Shown here in pieces: positions 26,158 to 37,380 of a stretch of 37,380 nucleotides of DNA. Position 1 is the stretch's first letter. Each line of letters begins with the position of its first letter. The DNA is from a virus. Made by a program: the position numbers and the translations under genes. The stretch is taken from the UHGV virus genome UHGV-0349822. The stretch is one strand, 5' to 3'. The notes beneath the pieces were generated by a model. The model ran no database searches and was not told the origin of the DNA. It worked only from the letters and a program-made list of their open reading frames with translations.

Positions 26158-26503
26158 TTTTCAGAATGCCTTTGATGCTGCCCTCGCCGGGGTAGACAGT
26201 ACGATCGTTGAAGTGATGGGACTCTGTGCGCAGTTCACCTCGGGGGCACAGTGTGGCAGCGAAGTTCAGGGGGTTTTTGACGATCCGGAGTCGCTGGGGT
26301 TTGCCGGTGGCGGGGTCCGTATTGAAGGAAGCTGCCCGTCATTATTTGTGCGGACGGATACGGTTCGTGCCGTGCGGCGTGGTGACACGCTGACCATTAA
26401 TGGTGAGACATTCTGGGTGGATCGTGTTTCTCCGGATGACGGGGGCAGCTGTTATCTCTGGCTCAACCGTGGGCAACCACCCGCAGTTAACCGGCGACGA
26501 TAA
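26150..26503 (+). CDS. FII: head-tail connector gpFII
   Basis: 117 aa; GVFDDPE...FVRTD.VR..RRGDTLTI...FWVDRVSPDDGGSC.LWL.RG.PPAVNRRR matches lambda FII. Confidence 0.85.
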   Translation: MRDFQNAFDAALAGVDSTIVEVMGLCAQFTSGAQCGSEVQGVFDDPESLGFAGGGVRIEGSCPSLFVRTDTVRAVRRGDTLTINGETFWVDRVSPDDGGSCYLWLNRGQPPAVNRRR

Positions 26504-26517
26504 ACGCAGGGTGAATT

Positions 26518-27093
26518 ATGGCGATAAAAGGGCTTGATCAGGCGATTGACAATCTGAGCCGGGTTCGTAAAAACGCCATTCCGGCTGCTTCTGCAATGAC
26601 CATTAACCGCGTGGCCATAACGGCGATTAATCAGTCTTCGTCACAGGTTGCCCGGGAAACCAGGGTGAGACGGAAACTGGTAAAGGAACGGTCCAGACTG
26701 AAACGGGCGACGGTCAGAAATCCGAATGCCAGAATTATCGTTAACCGCGGTGATCTCCCTGTGATTAAGCTGGGGATCAGAATGCTGGGGCGTCGTCCGA
26801 ACAGCATACTCAAAGCCGGTCAGCATCGTTATCAGCGGGCATTTATCCAGCGATTAAATAATGGGCGCTGGCATGTTATGCAACGTCTTCCCCAGGCCAG
26901 ATATGAGGAGGGCAATGACGACAAGGGAAGGAAAAAGCGTAATCGCCTTCCCATTCAGGTGGTGAAAATCCCGATGGCGGCCCCACTGAAACAGGCATTT
27001 GATGAGAATGTTGACCGTATCCGGCGTGAACGCCTGCCTAAAGAACTGGCATACGCGCTGAAACAACAACTGAGGATTGCGATAAAACGATGA
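26518..27093 (+). CDS. Z: tail completion protein gpZ
   Basis: 191 aa; MAIKGL.QA..NLSR...NRVA..AI.QS.SQVARET.VRRKLVKER.RLKRATV matches lambda Z. Confidence 0.85.
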   Translation: MAIKGLDQAIDNLSRVRKNAIPAASAMTINRVAITAINQSSSQVARETRVRRKLVKERSRLKRATVRNPNARIIVNRGDLPVIKLGIRMLGRRPNSILKAGQHRYQRAFIQRLNNGRWHVMQRLPQARYEEGNDDKGRKKRNRLPIQVVKIPMAAPLKQAFDENVDRIRRERLPKELAYALKQQLRIAIKR

Positions 27094-27485
27094 AACACAC
27101 TGACATTCGTGCCGCAGTGCTGGATGCACTCGAGCAGCATGAACACGGGGCGACGCTGTTTGATGGTCGCCCCGTTGTTTTTGACGAAGAGGATTTTCCT
27201 GCGATCGCGGTTTATCTGACGGATGCAGAGTATACCGGTGAAGAGCTGGATGCAGATACCTGGCGGGCCACGCTGCACATTGAGGTGTTTTTACCGGCAC
27301 AGGTACCGGATTCAGAGCTTGATCAGTGGATGGAAAGCCGGATTTACCCGGCGATGACCGCGATCCCGGCACTGGCAGGACTGATTACCACGATGGTTAC
27401 GCAGGGCTATGAGTATCGTCGTGATGACGATATGGCGTTATGGAGTTCTGCAGATCTGACTTATTCCATTACATACGAGATGTGA
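27090..27485 (+). CDS. U: tail terminator gpU
   Basis: 131 aa; [44 protein letters not shown] matches lambda U. Confidence 0.85.
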   Translation: MKHTDIRAAVLDALEQHEHGATLFDGRPVVFDEEDFPAIAVYLTDAEYTGEELDADTWRATLHIEVFLPAQVPDSELDQWMESRIYPAMTAIPALAGLITTMVTQGYEYRRDDDMALWSSADLTYSITYEM

Positions 27486-27492
27486 GGACGAT

Positions 27493-28245
27493 ATGGCAAC
27501 ACCAAATCCCCTTGAGCCGGTAAAAGGTGCCGGTACCACTCTGTGGGTTTACAACGGCAAGGGTGATGCTTATGCAAACCCGTTGTCAGACGATGACTGG
27601 CAGCGACTGGCTAAGGTGAAGGATCTGACGCCGGGCGAGATGACGGCAGAATCCTACGATGATAACTACCTGGATGATGAAGACGCGGACTGGACCGCGA
27701 CCGGGCAGGGGCAGAAATCTGCAGGTGATACCAGTTTTACGCTGGCCTGGAAACCGGGAGAGGAAGGCCAGAAAGGGCTTATAGGCTGGTTTGAAAGCGG
27801 CGATGTCCGGGCCTATAAAATCCGTTTTCCGAATGGCACGGTGGATGTGTTTCGTGGCTGGGTCAGCAGTATCGGTAAGGCCGTGACGGCGAAAGAAGTG
27901 ATCACCCGCACGGTGAAAGTCACTAACGTGGGTAAACCTTCTGTAGCGGAAGAACGCAGCAAAATTACGCCGGTCAGTGCGATTAAGGTGACGCCGACAT
28001 CCGGTACGGTGGCAAAAGGGAAAACAACCACCCTGACGGTTTCTTTTGAGCCGGAAAGTGCAACCGACAAGACGTTCAGAGCGGTTTCCGCCGATCCGTC
28101 GAAAGCCACCATTAGTGTGAAAGATATGACAATTACGGTAAACGGCGTGGCGACAGGTAAGGTGCAGATCCCTGTGGTGAGCGGAAATGGTCAGTTCGCC
28201 GCAGTGGCTGAAGTCACCGTTACTGAAGCGGGCGCTGCAGGGTAA
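27493..28245 (+). CDS. V: major tail tube protein gpV (with C-terminal Ig-like domain)
   Basis: 250 aa; near-colinear with lambda V. Confidence 0.9.
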   Translation: MATPNPLEPVKGAGTTLWVYNGKGDAYANPLSDDDWQRLAKVKDLTPGEMTAESYDDNYLDDEDADWTATGQGQKSAGDTSFTLAWKPGEEGQKGLIGWFESGDVRAYKIRFPNGTVDVFRGWVSSIGKAVTAKEVITRTVKVTNVGKPSVAEERSKITPVSAIKVTPTSGTVAKGKTTTLTVSFEPESATDKTFRAVSADPSKATISVKDMTITVNGVATGKVQIPVVSGNGQFAAVAEVTVTEAGAAG

Positions 28246-28258
28246 ACGGAGGTAATAC

Positions 28259-28690
28259 ATGTTTCTGAAAACAGAACAATTTGAATATAACGGTGTGTCT
28301 GTCACGCTTTCCGAATTGTCTGCGCTGCAGCGTATCGAGCATCTTGCCCTCCTGAAACGGCGTGCAGAACAGGCAGAATCCTGCGGCAACCTGCAGGTAA
28401 GCGTGGAAGATCTCGTCAGAACCGGCGCGTTTCTGGTGGCGATGTCCCTGTGGCATAACCATCCACAGAAAACGCAGTCACCGTCAATGAATGAGGCCGT
28501 GATGAAGATAGAGCAGGAAGTGCTCACCACCTGGCCTGCCGATGCCATTGCCCGGGCGGAAGACGTGGTGTTGTGCCTGTCCGGGATGATCGAAGCTGTT
28601 CGTCCGGATACTGATATTACTGAAGTGGCGAAAAATAACACGCTGACTGATGATGATTTTTCTGCGGGAAAGTCTTCGACGGCGAGCTGA
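28259..28690 (+). CDS. G: tail assembly chaperone gpG
   Basis: 143 aa; MFLKTE.FE.NGV.VTLSELSALQRIEHLAL.KR.AEQAES matches lambda G. Confidence 0.85.
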   Translation: MFLKTEQFEYNGVSVTLSELSALQRIEHLALLKRRAEQAESCGNLQVSVEDLVRTGAFLVAMSLWHNHPQKTQSPSMNEAVMKIEQEVLTTWPADAIARAEDVVLCLSGMIEAVRPDTDITEVAKNNTLTDDDFSAGKSSTAS

Positions 28691-29130
28691 ACTTTGCCCT
28701 CAGACTGGCGCGTGAGATGGGGAGACCCGACTGGCGCGCCATGCTTGCCGGGATGACATCCACCGAATATGCCGACTGGCACCGTTTTTACCGCACGCAT
28801 TATTTTCAGGATACCCAGCTGGATATGCATTTTTCCGGGCTGACGTACGCTGTACTCAGCCTGTTTTTTTGCGATCCGGATATGCATCCCTCTGATTTCA
28901 GTCTGCTTGTCCCCCGGCATGAGGAAGAGCAGGTGGAGAGGCCGGATGAGGACAAAATGCTGATGCAGAAAGCGGCAGGACTTGCCGGAGGCGTCCGGTT
29001 CGGTGGGGACGGAGGGCGCGATATTTTATCGTCTGCGGATGTGGCGGATGTCATGGTGGATGATGCCGCATTAATGATGGCTTCAGCGGGGATTCCGGGA
29101 GGTGTGAGATATGTCCCAGCCGGTTGGTGA
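28259..29130 (+). CDS. T: tail assembly chaperone G-T fusion made by -1 programmed ribosomal frameshift
   Basis: T reading frame (track ORF 28717-29130) is in the -1 frame relative to G and open back to the GGGAAAG slippery heptamer at 28666-28672. Confidence 0.7.
28666..28672 (+). promoter_or_regulatory. -1 ribosomal frameshift slippery site G GGA AAG
   Basis: Heptamer in the G frame, identical to the lambda G-T slippery sequence. Confidence 0.7.
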
Positions 29131-31684
29131 TCTTGTTATTGACCTGAGTCTGGATGCTGTCCGTTTCGATGAGCAGATGAGCCGGGTAAGGCGTCATTTT
29201 TCAGGTCTGGATACCGACGCCAGAAAAACCGCCAGTGCTGTTGAACAGGGCCTGAGCCGCCAGGCGCTGGCTGCACAAAAAGCCGGGATTTCCGTCGGGC
29301 AGTATAAAGCGGCCATGCGAACCCTGCCCGCACAGTTTACGGATATCGCCACGCAGCTTGCAGGTGGTCAGAATCCCTGGCTGATCCTGCTGCAACAGGG
29401 CGGTCAGGTGAAGGACTCCTTCGGCGGGATGATCCCCATGTTCAGGGGGCTTGCCGGTGCGATCACCCTGCCGATGGTCGGGGTCACCTCGCTGGCGGTG
29501 GCGACAGGTGCGCTGGTGTACGCCTGGTACCAGGGAGATTCCACGCTTTCAGCGTTTAATAAAACCCTGGTTCTTTCCGGTAATCAGTCCGGACTGACTG
29601 CCGATCGTATGCTGACTCTCTCAAGAGCCGGGCAGGCAGCAGGGCTGACGTTTAACCAGGCGAGAGAGTCACTGGCAGCCCTGGTGAATGCCGGTGTGCG
29701 TGGTGGTGAACAGTTTGATGCCATCAACCAGAGTGTCGCGCGTTTTGCGTCTGCATCCGGTGTGGAGGTGGATAAAGTCGCTGAAGCCTTCGGGAAGCTG
29801 ACCACTGACCCGACGTCGGGACTGATGGCGATGGCGCGCCAGTTCCGTAACGTGACGGCAGAGCAGATTGCGTATGTTGCACAGCTGCAGCGTTCCGGAG
29901 ACGAGGCCGGGGCATTGCAGGCGGCGAACGATATCGCCACGAAAGGCTTTGATGAGCAGACCCGTCGCCTGAAAGAAAACATGGGAACACTGGAGACCTG
30001 GGCGGATAAAACAGGGAAGGCATTCAAATCGATGTGGGATGCCATTCTGGATATCGGTCGTCCGGAATCCTCAGCGGATATGCTCGCCAGTGCGCAGAAG
30101 GCATTTGATGAGGCGGATAAAAAATGGCAGTGGTACCAGAGCCGGAGCCAGCGCCGCGGTAAAACCTCCTCTTTCCGGGCCAACCTTCAGGGCGCATGGG
30201 ATGACCGGGAAAATGCCCGTCTGGGTCTGGCAGCGGCAACGCTGCAGTCGGATATGGAAAAAGCCGGTGAACTGGCGGCAAGGGACAGGGCTGAGCGTGA
30301 GTCGTCACAGCTGAAGTATACCGGAGAGGCGCAGAAGGCGTATGAGCGCCTGCTGACGCCACTGGAGAAATATACCGCCCGGCAGGAAGAGCTGAATAAG
30401 GCCCTGAAAGACGGGAAAATCCTGCAGGCGGATTACAACACGCTGATGGCGTCGGCAAAAAAGGATTATGAGTCGACGCAGAAAAAGCCGTCCGGTGTGA
30501 AGGTGTCTGCCGGTGAGCGCCAGGAAGACCAGGCGCATGCAGCCCTGCTGGCGCTTGAAACCGAGCTCAGGACGCTGGAAAAACACAGCGGTGTGAATGA
30601 GAAAATCAGCCAGCAGCGCCGGGATTTATGGGAAGCGGAAAATCAGTATGTGGTCCTGAAAGAGGCCGCCACGAAACGGCAGTTATCTGAGCAGGAAAAA
30701 TCCCTGCTGGCCCATGAGAAAGAGACGCTGGAGTACAAACGCCAGCTGGCTGAGCTGGGCGACAAGATTGAACACCAGAAACGGCTGAATGAGCTGGCAC
30801 AGCAGGCGGCGCGGTTTGAACAGCAGCAGAGCGCGAAGCAGGCGGCAATCAGCGCAAAAGCCCGCGGACTCACCGACCGTCAGGCGCAGCGGGAGTCGGA
30901 AGAGCAGCGCCTTCGTGAGGTGTACGGTGATAATCCGGCTGCGCTGGCGAAGGCCACATCTGCACTGAAGAACACCTGGTCTGCGGAGGAGCAGCTTCGT
31001 GGAAGCTGGATGGCCGGGATGAAGTCCGGCTGGGGCGAGTGGGCGGAAAGTGCGACGGACAGTTTTTCGCAGGTTAAAAACGCGGCCACGCAGACCTTTG
31101 ACGGTATTGCACAGAATATGGCAGCGATGCTGACCGGCAGCGAACAGAACTGGCGTGGTTTCACCCGTTCTGTGCTGTCCATGCTGACAGAGATTTTTCT
31201 GAAGCAGGCGATGGTGGGGATAGTCGGGAGTATCGGCAGCGCCATTGGCGGGGCTGTTGGTGGTGGCGCATCCGCGTCAGGCGGTACAGCCATTCAGGCT
31301 GCGGCGGCGAACTTCCATTTCGCGACCGGGGGATTTACGGGGACGGGGGGTAAATATGAACCTGCGGGGATTGTTCATCGCGGGGAGTTTGTCTTCACGA
31401 AGGAGGCGACCAGCCGGATTGGTGTCGGCAATCTGTACCGCCTGATGCGGGGCTATGCGGAAGGTGGTTATGTCGGCGGTGCCGGAAGTCCGGCGCAGAT
31501 GCGGCGGGCGGAAGGCATTAATTTTAATCAGAACAATCACGTGGTGATTCAGAACGACGGCCCCAACGGGCGGGCAGGGCCGCAGCTGATGAAAGCGGTG
31601 TATGAGATGGCCCGCAAGGGGGCACAGGATGAACTCCGGCTGCAGTTGCGTGATGGCGGTATGTTATCAGGGAGCGGTGGATGA
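29111..31684 (+). CDS. H: tail tape-measure protein gpH
   Basis: 857 aa; long alpha-helical/coiled-coil protein with Gly-rich C-terminal region at the lambda H position and of similar length. Confidence 0.9.
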   Translation: MSQPVGDLVIDLSLDAVRFDEQMSRVRRHFSGLDTDARKTASAVEQGLSRQALAAQKAGISVGQYKAAMRTLPAQFTDIATQLAGGQNPWLILLQQGGQVKDSFGGMIPMFRGLAGAITLPMVGVTSLAVATGALVYAWYQGDSTLSAFNKTLVLSGNQSGLTADRMLTLSRAGQAAGLTFNQARESLAALVNAGVRGGEQFDAINQSVARFASASGVEVDKVAEAFGKLTTDPTSGLMAMARQFRNVTAEQIAYVAQLQRSGDEAGALQAANDIATKGFDEQTRRLKENMGTLETWADKTGKAFKSMWDAILDIGRPESSADMLASAQKAFDEADKKWQWYQSRSQRRGKTSSFRANLQGAWDDRENARLGLAAATLQSDMEKAGELAARDRAERESSQLKYTGEAQKAYERLLTPLEKYTARQEELNKALKDGKILQADYNTLMASAKKDYESTQKKPSGVKVSAGERQEDQAHAALLALETELRTLEKHSGVNEKISQQRRDLWEAENQYVVLKEAATKRQLSEQEKSLLAHEKETLEYKRQLAELGDKIEHQKRLNELAQQAARFEQQQSAKQAAISAKARGLTDRQAQRESEEQRLREVYGDNPAALAKATSALKNTWSAEEQLRGSWMAGMKSGWGEWAESATDSFSQVKNAATQTFDGIAQNMAAMLTGSEQNWRGFTRSVLSMLTEIFLKQAMVGIVGSIGSAIGGAVGGGASASGGTAIQAAAANFHFATGGFTGTGGKYEPAGIVHRGEFVFTKEATSRIGVGNLYRLMRGYAEGGYVGGAGSPAQMRRAEGINFNQNNHVVIQNDGPNGRAGPQLMKAVYEMARKGAQDELRLQLRDGGMLSGSGG

Positions 31685-32010
31685 AAACCTTTCGCTGGAA
31701 AGTGAAGCCGGATATGGAGGTGAACTCGCAGCCATCGGTGCGTGAAGTGCGTTTTGGTGACGGGTACTCACAGCGTATGGCGGCAGGGCTGAATGCTGAC
31801 CTGAAAACATACAGGGTGACGCTTTCCGTGACCCGGGAGGAGGCCCGGCATCTGGAAGCGTTCCTGGCAGAGCACGGTGGCTGGAAGGCATTTTTGTGGA
31901 AGCCACCCTATGCATACCGGCAGATAAAGGTGACCTGTGCCGGGTGGTCTGCGCGGGTCGGGATGTTGCGCGTTGAGTTCAGCGCGGAGTTTAAGCAGGT
32001 GGTGAACTGA
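31681..32010 (+). CDS. M: tail tip protein gpM
   Basis: 109 aa; MKTFRWKVKP.M.V.S.PSVR.VRFGDGYSQR matches lambda M. Confidence 0.85.
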   Translation: MKTFRWKVKPDMEVNSQPSVREVRFGDGYSQRMAAGLNADLKTYRVTLSVTREEARHLEAFLAEHGGWKAFLWKPPYAYRQIKVTCAGWSARVGMLRVEFSAEFKQVVN

Positions 32011-32708
32011 TGCAGGATATTCGAGAAGAAAGTCTGAACGAGTCGGTTAAGTCAGAGCAGTCACCGCGGGTGGTACTCTGGGAAATCGACCTGACGGTAC
32101 AGGGTGGTGAGCGGTATTTTTTCTGTAATGAGCTGAATGAAAAAGGGGAGCCGGTCACCTGGCAGGGGCGTAAGTATGAGGCATACCCGATTGACGGCAG
32201 CGGCTTTGAGATGAACGGCCGGGGCAGCAGTGCCAGACCGTCGCTGACGGTGTCCAATCTGTTCGGTCTGGTCACCGGGATGGCGGAAGACCTGCAGAGT
32301 CTGGTGGGGGCCACGGTGGTCCGCCGCCGGGTGTATGCCCGTTTTCTGGATGCGGTGAATTTCGTTGCGGGCAATCCGGAGGCGGACCCGGAGCAGGAGC
32401 TGAGTGACCGCTGGGTGGTGGAGCAGATGTCGCAGCTGACAGCCATGACGGCCTCGTTTGTGCTGGCTACACCGACCGAGACGGACGGGGCGCTGTTTCC
32501 CGGTCGCATCATGCTGGCGAACACCTGTATGTGGGATTACCGGGGAGATGAATGCGGGTATAACGGTCCTGCGGTGGCGGATGAGTTCGACAACCCCACC
32601 ACGGATATCCGTAAGGACAGATGCAGCAAGTGCATGCGCGGGTGTGAACTGCGCAGGAATGTCGGCAATTTTGGCGGTTTCCTTTCCATTAATAAACTTT
32701 CGCAGTAA
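32010..32708 (+). CDS. L: tail tip protein gpL
   Basis: 232 aa; ...GNFGGFLSINKLSQ C-terminus and overall colinearity with lambda L. Confidence 0.85.
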   Translation: MQDIREESLNESVKSEQSPRVVLWEIDLTVQGGERYFFCNELNEKGEPVTWQGRKYEAYPIDGSGFEMNGRGSSARPSLTVSNLFGLVTGMAEDLQSLVGATVVRRRVYARFLDAVNFVAGNPEADPEQELSDRWVVEQMSQLTAMTASFVLATPTETDGALFPGRIMLANTCMWDYRGDECGYNGPAVADEFDNPTTDIRKDRCSKCMRGCELRRNVGNFGGFLSINKLSQ

Positions 32709-32718
32709 ATCCCGGTTT

Positions 32719-33462
32719 ATGACACAGACTGAATCAGCGATTCTGGCGCATGCCCGGCGGTGTGCGCCTGCGGAGTCGTGCGGCTTCGTGATAAGCACGC
32801 CGGAGGGGGAGTGGTATATCCCTTGTGTGAATATTTCTGCAGAGCCGGAGGCGTATTTTCGTATCGCACCGGAAGACTGGCTGCGGGCAGAGATGCAGGG
32901 GGAGATTGTGGCACTGGTCCACAGTCATCCCGGTGGGCTGCCCTGGCTGAGCGAGGCTGACCGGCGGCTGCAGATAAAAAGCGCACTGCCCTGGTGGCTG
33001 GTCTGCCGGGGTGACATTCACAAATTCCGCTGTGTGCCACATCTGACAGGACGGCGCTTTGAGCACGGGGTGACGGACTGTTACACGCTGTTCCGGGATG
33101 CTTATCATCTGGCGGGGACTGAAATGCCGGATTTTCATCGCGAGGATGACTGGTGGCGCAACGGTCAGAACCTTTACCTGGACAATATGGCGGTCACCGG
33201 CTTTTACCGGGTGCCCCTGTCCTCTGCACAGGCGGGCGATATTCTGCTGTGCTGCTTTGGTGCTTCGGTACCGAACCATGCCGCCATTTACTGCGGCAAC
33301 GGTGAGCTTCTTCACCATCTGCCTGAACAACTGAGTAAACGGGAGAGGTATTCCGAAAAATGGCAACGACGAACGCATTCTGTCTGGCGTCACCGCCACT
33401 GGCACGCATCTGCCTTCACGGGGATTTACAACGATTTGGCCGCCGCCTCAGCCTGTATGTGA
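32719..33462 (+). CDS. K: tail tip assembly protein gpK (JAB/MPN + NlpC/P60-like)
   Basis: In-frame ATG at 32719 within track ORF 32458-33462; MTQTESAILAHARRCAPAESCGFV...HSHPGG matches lambda K. Confidence 0.8.
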   Translation: MTQTESAILAHARRCAPAESCGFVISTPEGEWYIPCVNISAEPEAYFRIAPEDWLRAEMQGEIVALVHSHPGGLPWLSEADRRLQIKSALPWWLVCRGDIHKFRCVPHLTGRRFEHGVTDCYTLFRDAYHLAGTEMPDFHREDDWWRNGQNLYLDNMAVTGFYRVPLSSAQAGDILLCCFGASVPNHAAIYCGNGELLHHLPEQLSKRERYSEKWQRRTHSVWRHRHWHASAFTGIYNDLAAASACM

Positions 33463-34040
33463 ACACGGCAGCGGAAGCCATCCGGGCGCTGTCGTTACAG
33501 GTGCCGGGCTTTCGCCGTCAGATGAACGAAGGCTGGTACCAGATACGTATTGCCGGTTATGACACGGCACCGGAGGCGGTGTACGCCCGTCTTCACGAAC
33601 AGCTGGGTGAGGGAACGGTCATCCATATTGTGCCGCGACTGGCCGGGGCCGGAAAGGGTGGACTGCAGATTGTGCTGGGGGCGGCAGCCATCGTGGGCTC
33701 TTTCTTCACTGCCGGTGCCTCGATGGCGTTATGGGGTACAGCCCTGAGTGCCGGCGGTTTTTCTGCCACCACGATGCTGTTTTCACTGGGGGCCAGCATG
33801 ATACTGGGCGGTGTGGCCCAGATGCTGGCCCCGAAGGCAAAAACACCGGAGTACAAAAGCACGGATAACGGTAAACAGAACACGTACTTTTCCTCCCTGG
33901 ATAACATGATTGCCCAGGGTAACCCGATGCCGGTGCCTTACGGGGAAATGCTGGTTGGCTCCCGCCGTATATCCCAGGACATCAGTACCCGTGATGAAGG
34001 CGGGGGCGGAAAGGTCGTGGTTATCGGGCGGCAGGGGTAA
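33360..34040 (+). CDS. I: tail tip assembly protein gpI
   Basis: 226 aa; ARICL.GDLQRFGRR...KQNTYFSSLDNM.AQGN matches lambda I. Confidence 0.8.
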   Translation: MATTNAFCLASPPLARICLHGDLQRFGRRLSLYVNTAAEAIRALSLQVPGFRRQMNEGWYQIRIAGYDTAPEAVYARLHEQLGEGTVIHIVPRLAGAGKGGLQIVLGAAAIVGSFFTAGASMALWGTALSAGGFSATTMLFSLGASMILGGVAQMLAPKAKTPEYKSTDNGKQNTYFSSLDNMIAQGNPMPVPYGEMLVGSRRISQDISTRDEGGGGKVVVIGRQG

Positions 34041-34384
34041 AAAGAATAAAAAAATCCCGCAGTGATCGCGGACAGGAACTGCGGGAGAGTTACGAAGATT
34101 AAGTGTAAGGAATTATTCTTATATCACGACAAAAAAATTAACGCAGAGAAATTATACGCGCCACAGTCAGTTTGTGAAAATGTGAAGATATTCAGAATTT
34201 TTATGCCATTACCGGTTTTAACCAACAGGATTATCGGTGGGCATGAAAGAAAACCCCGGTATCTGCTGATACCGGGGTTTCTCTTTAGCATGGCAGAAAT
34301 GTGTTTCATGCTTTTCGGGCGAAGGATATCCGACTTCTGTACGGAATGGCAAGTGGCGGTTAATTTATTCAGGGGAAGGCTGTA

Positions 34385-37380
34385 TGGGAAAAGGTGGCGG
34401 TAAGGCACACACGCCTCGTGAGGCGAAGGATAATCTCAAATCCACGCAGATGATGAGTGTGATTGATGCGATTGGTGAGGGACCGATAGAAGGTCCGGTG
34501 AAGGGACTGCAGAGTATTCTGGTGAACAAAACCCCACTGACGGACACGGACGGCAATCCCGTGATACACGGTGTGACGGCGGTCTGGCGCGCCGGGGAGC
34601 AGGAGCAGACACCACCGGAAGGCTTTGAGTCCTCCGGAGCTGAAACCGGACTGGGCGTGGAAGTGACGAAGGCAAAACCGGTGACGCGCACCATTACGTC
34701 CGCGAACATTGACCGCCTGCGGGTTACCTTCGGGGTGCAGTCACTGGTGGAGACCACCTCAAAGGGTGACCGTAACCCGGCATCCGTCCGCCTGCTGATT
34801 CAGTTACAGCGTAACGGTAACTGGGTGACAGAAAAGGACGTCACCATTAACGGCAAGACCACCTCACAGTTCCTGGCCTCGGTGATTCTGGATAATCTGC
34901 CTCCCCGGCCCTTTAACATCCGGATGGTCAGGGAGACGGCGGACAGCACCACGGACCAGCTGCAGAATAAGACGCTGTGGTCGTCATACACCGAAATCAT
35001 CGATGTGAAACAGTGCTACCCGAACACGGCCATTGTGGGGCTGCAGGTGGATGCGGAGCAGTTCGGCGGCCAGCAGATGACGGTGAACTACCATATCCGC
35101 GGTCGCATCATCCAGGTGCCGTCAAACTATGACCCGGAAAAACGCACGTACAGTGGTATCTGGGACGGCAGTCTGAAACCGGCATACAGCAACAACCCGG
35201 CCTGGTGCCTGTGGGACATGCTGACTCACCCGCGCTACGGCATGGGAAAACGTCTGGGGGCGGCGGATGTGGACAAGTGGGCGCTGTATGCCATCGGGCA
35301 GTACTGCGACCAGACGGTCCCGGATGGTTTCGGGGGGACCGAGCCGCGGATGACCTTTAATGCGTACCTGGCACAACAGCGTAAGGCGTGGGACGTTCTC
35401 AGTGATTTCTGCTCTGCGATGCGCTGTATGCCGGTATGGAACGGTCAGACGCTGACGTTCGTTCAGGACCGCCCGTCGGATGTGGTGTGGCCGTACACCA
35501 ACAGCGATGTGGTGGTGGATGATAACGGCGTGGGATTCCGCTACAGCTTCAGTGCCCTGAAGGACCGGCACACGGCGGTGGAGGTGAATTACACCGACCC
35601 GCAGAACGGCTGGCAGACCTCCACGGAACTGGTGGAAGACCCGGAAGCCATACTGCGCTACGGACGCAACCTGCTGAAGATGGACGCGTTCGGCTGTACC
35701 AGCCGCGGTCAGGCCCACCGTGCCGGACTGTGGGTGATAAAGACCGAACTGCTGGAAACGCAGACGGTGGATTTCACGCTCGGGTCTCAGGGGCTGCGGC
35801 ACACACCCGGTGACATCATTGAAATCTGTGATAACGACTATGCCGGGACCCTGACCGGCGGACGTGTCCTGTCCATTGATGCTGCCACCCGCACCCTGAC
35901 GCTGGACCGTGAAGTGACACTTCCGGAGACCGGTGCCGCCACGGTGAACCTGATTAACGGCAGCGGTAAGCCGGTGAGTGTGGACATCACCGAACACCCC
36001 GCGCCGGACCGGATACAGGTCAGTACCCTGCCTGATGGTGTGGAGACATACGGGGTGTGGGGACTCTCCCTGCCGTCACTGCGCCGTCGTCTGTTCCGCT
36101 GTGTCTCCGTCCGGGAAAACACGGACGGCACCTTTGCCATCACGGCGGTGCAGCACGTACCGGAAAAAGAAGCCATCGTGGATAACGGTGCCCGCTTTGA
36201 GCCGCAGTCAGGTTCCCTGAACAGCGTCATCCCACCGGCAGTGCAGCACCTGACGGTGGAGGTGAGCGCAGCTGACGGCCAGTATCTGGCGCAGGCGAAA
36301 TGGGACACGCCGCGGGTGGTGAAGGGTGTGCGCTTCAGTCTGCGCCTGACCAGTGGTAAGGGAACGGATGCCAGACTGGTGACCACCGCCATCACCGCAG
36401 ACACGGAGCACCGTTTCAGCGGCCTGCCGCTCGGGGAATACACCCTGACGGTGCGGGCGATAAACAGCTATGGCCAGCAGGGTGAACCTGCCACCACCAC
36501 CTTCCGGATTACCGCACCGGCAGCACCGTCGCGGATTGAGCTGACGCCGGGCTATTTTCAGATAACCGCAACGCCACATCTTGCCGTTTATGACCCGACG
36601 GTACAGTTTGAGTTCTGGTTCTCGGAAAAGCGGATTGCGGATATCAGGCAGGTTGAAACCGCAGCCCGCTATCTTGGCTCGGCGCTGTACTGGATAGCTG
36701 CCAGTATCAATATCAAACCGGGCCATGATTATTATTTTTATATCCGCAGTGTGAATACTGTTGGCAAATCGGCATTCGTGGAGGCTGTCGGTCGGGCGAG
36801 CGATGATGCGGAAGGTTACCTGGATTTTTTCAAAGGAGAAATCGGGAAAACACATCTGGCCCAGGAGCTGTGGACGCAGATTGATAACGGTCAGCTTGCG
36901 CCGGACCTGGCTGAAATCAGGACGTCCATTACGAATGTCAGCAATGAAATCACGCAGACCGTCAATAAAAAACTGGAAAATCAGAGTGCGGCAATCCAGC
37001 AGATACAGAAAGTTCAGGTTGATACAAATAATAACCTGAACAGCATGTGGGCCGTGAAACTGCAGCAGATGCAGGACGGACGCCTTTATATTGCGGGTAT
37101 CGGTGCCGGTATTGAGAATACGCCAGCAGGAATGCAGAGTCAGGTGCTGCTGGCGGCAGACAGGATTGCGATGATTAATCCTGCGAATGGCAACACAAAG
37201 CCGATGTTTGTTGGTCAGGGCGATCAGATATTTATGAATGAAGTGTTCCTGAAATATCTGACGGCTCCCACCATTACCAGCGGCGGTAATCCTCCGGCAT
37301 TTTCCCTGACACCGGACGGGCGGCTGACGGCGAAAAATGCCGATATCAGCGGTAACGTGAATGCGAACTCCGGGACGCTC
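34385..37380 (+). CDS. J: tail tip/central fibre protein gpJ, 5' part (runs off the window end)
   Basis: ATG at 34385; [39 protein letters not shown]... colinear with lambda J; no stop in window. Confidence 0.85.

Noticed and set aside
27586-28920. 444-aa reverse-strand ORF, and similar long antisense ORFs such as 29584-30183, 35122-35997, 35838-36443 and 32061-32798
   Set aside because: They lie fully antisense to well-supported lambda-like structural genes (V, G, T, H, J, L/K) in GC-rich DNA, with Arg/Pro/Ser-rich low-complexity translations; typical spurious antisense frames.
1-37380. CRISPR array or cas genes
   Set aside because: No regularly spaced short direct repeats with unique spacers anywhere in the window; the only tandem repeats are the ori iterons and in-frame protein repeats.

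Overview
This window is most of a lambdoid prophage of enterobacterial (E. coli/Shigella-like) type, running from the immunity region to a 3'-truncated tail-fibre gene J. Gene order is: leftward early operon; repressor flanked by operator clusters; Cro-like and YdaT/CII-like regulators; an O-like replication initiator with internal iterons; small early genes, one disrupted by a complete IS2 with intact 5-bp target duplications; a Hok-family toxin; DUF968/RusA/Q-like late-regulation block; a DNA amino-methyltransferase; two tRNAs; an AT-rich cargo segment at the position where Stx phages carry stx (no toxin genes present); a sialate O-acetylesterase-like gene; a phage 21-type lysis cassette (pinholin, SAR endolysin, Rz/Rz1); a second AT-rich cargo cassette of two convergent genes next to cos; then lambda-like Nu1, A, W, B, C, D, E, FI, FII, Z, U, V, G/T, H, M, L, K, I, J. 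The terminase large-subunit gene carries an internal ~1.1 kb out-of-frame deletion, so the prophage is probably packaging-defective. The best candidate for an undescribed system is the convergent two-gene cassette between Rz and cos (17602-19231), one protein of which has a PD-(D/E)xK-like nuclease motif. All homology statements rest on reading the translations against remembered reference proteins; no database search was run.
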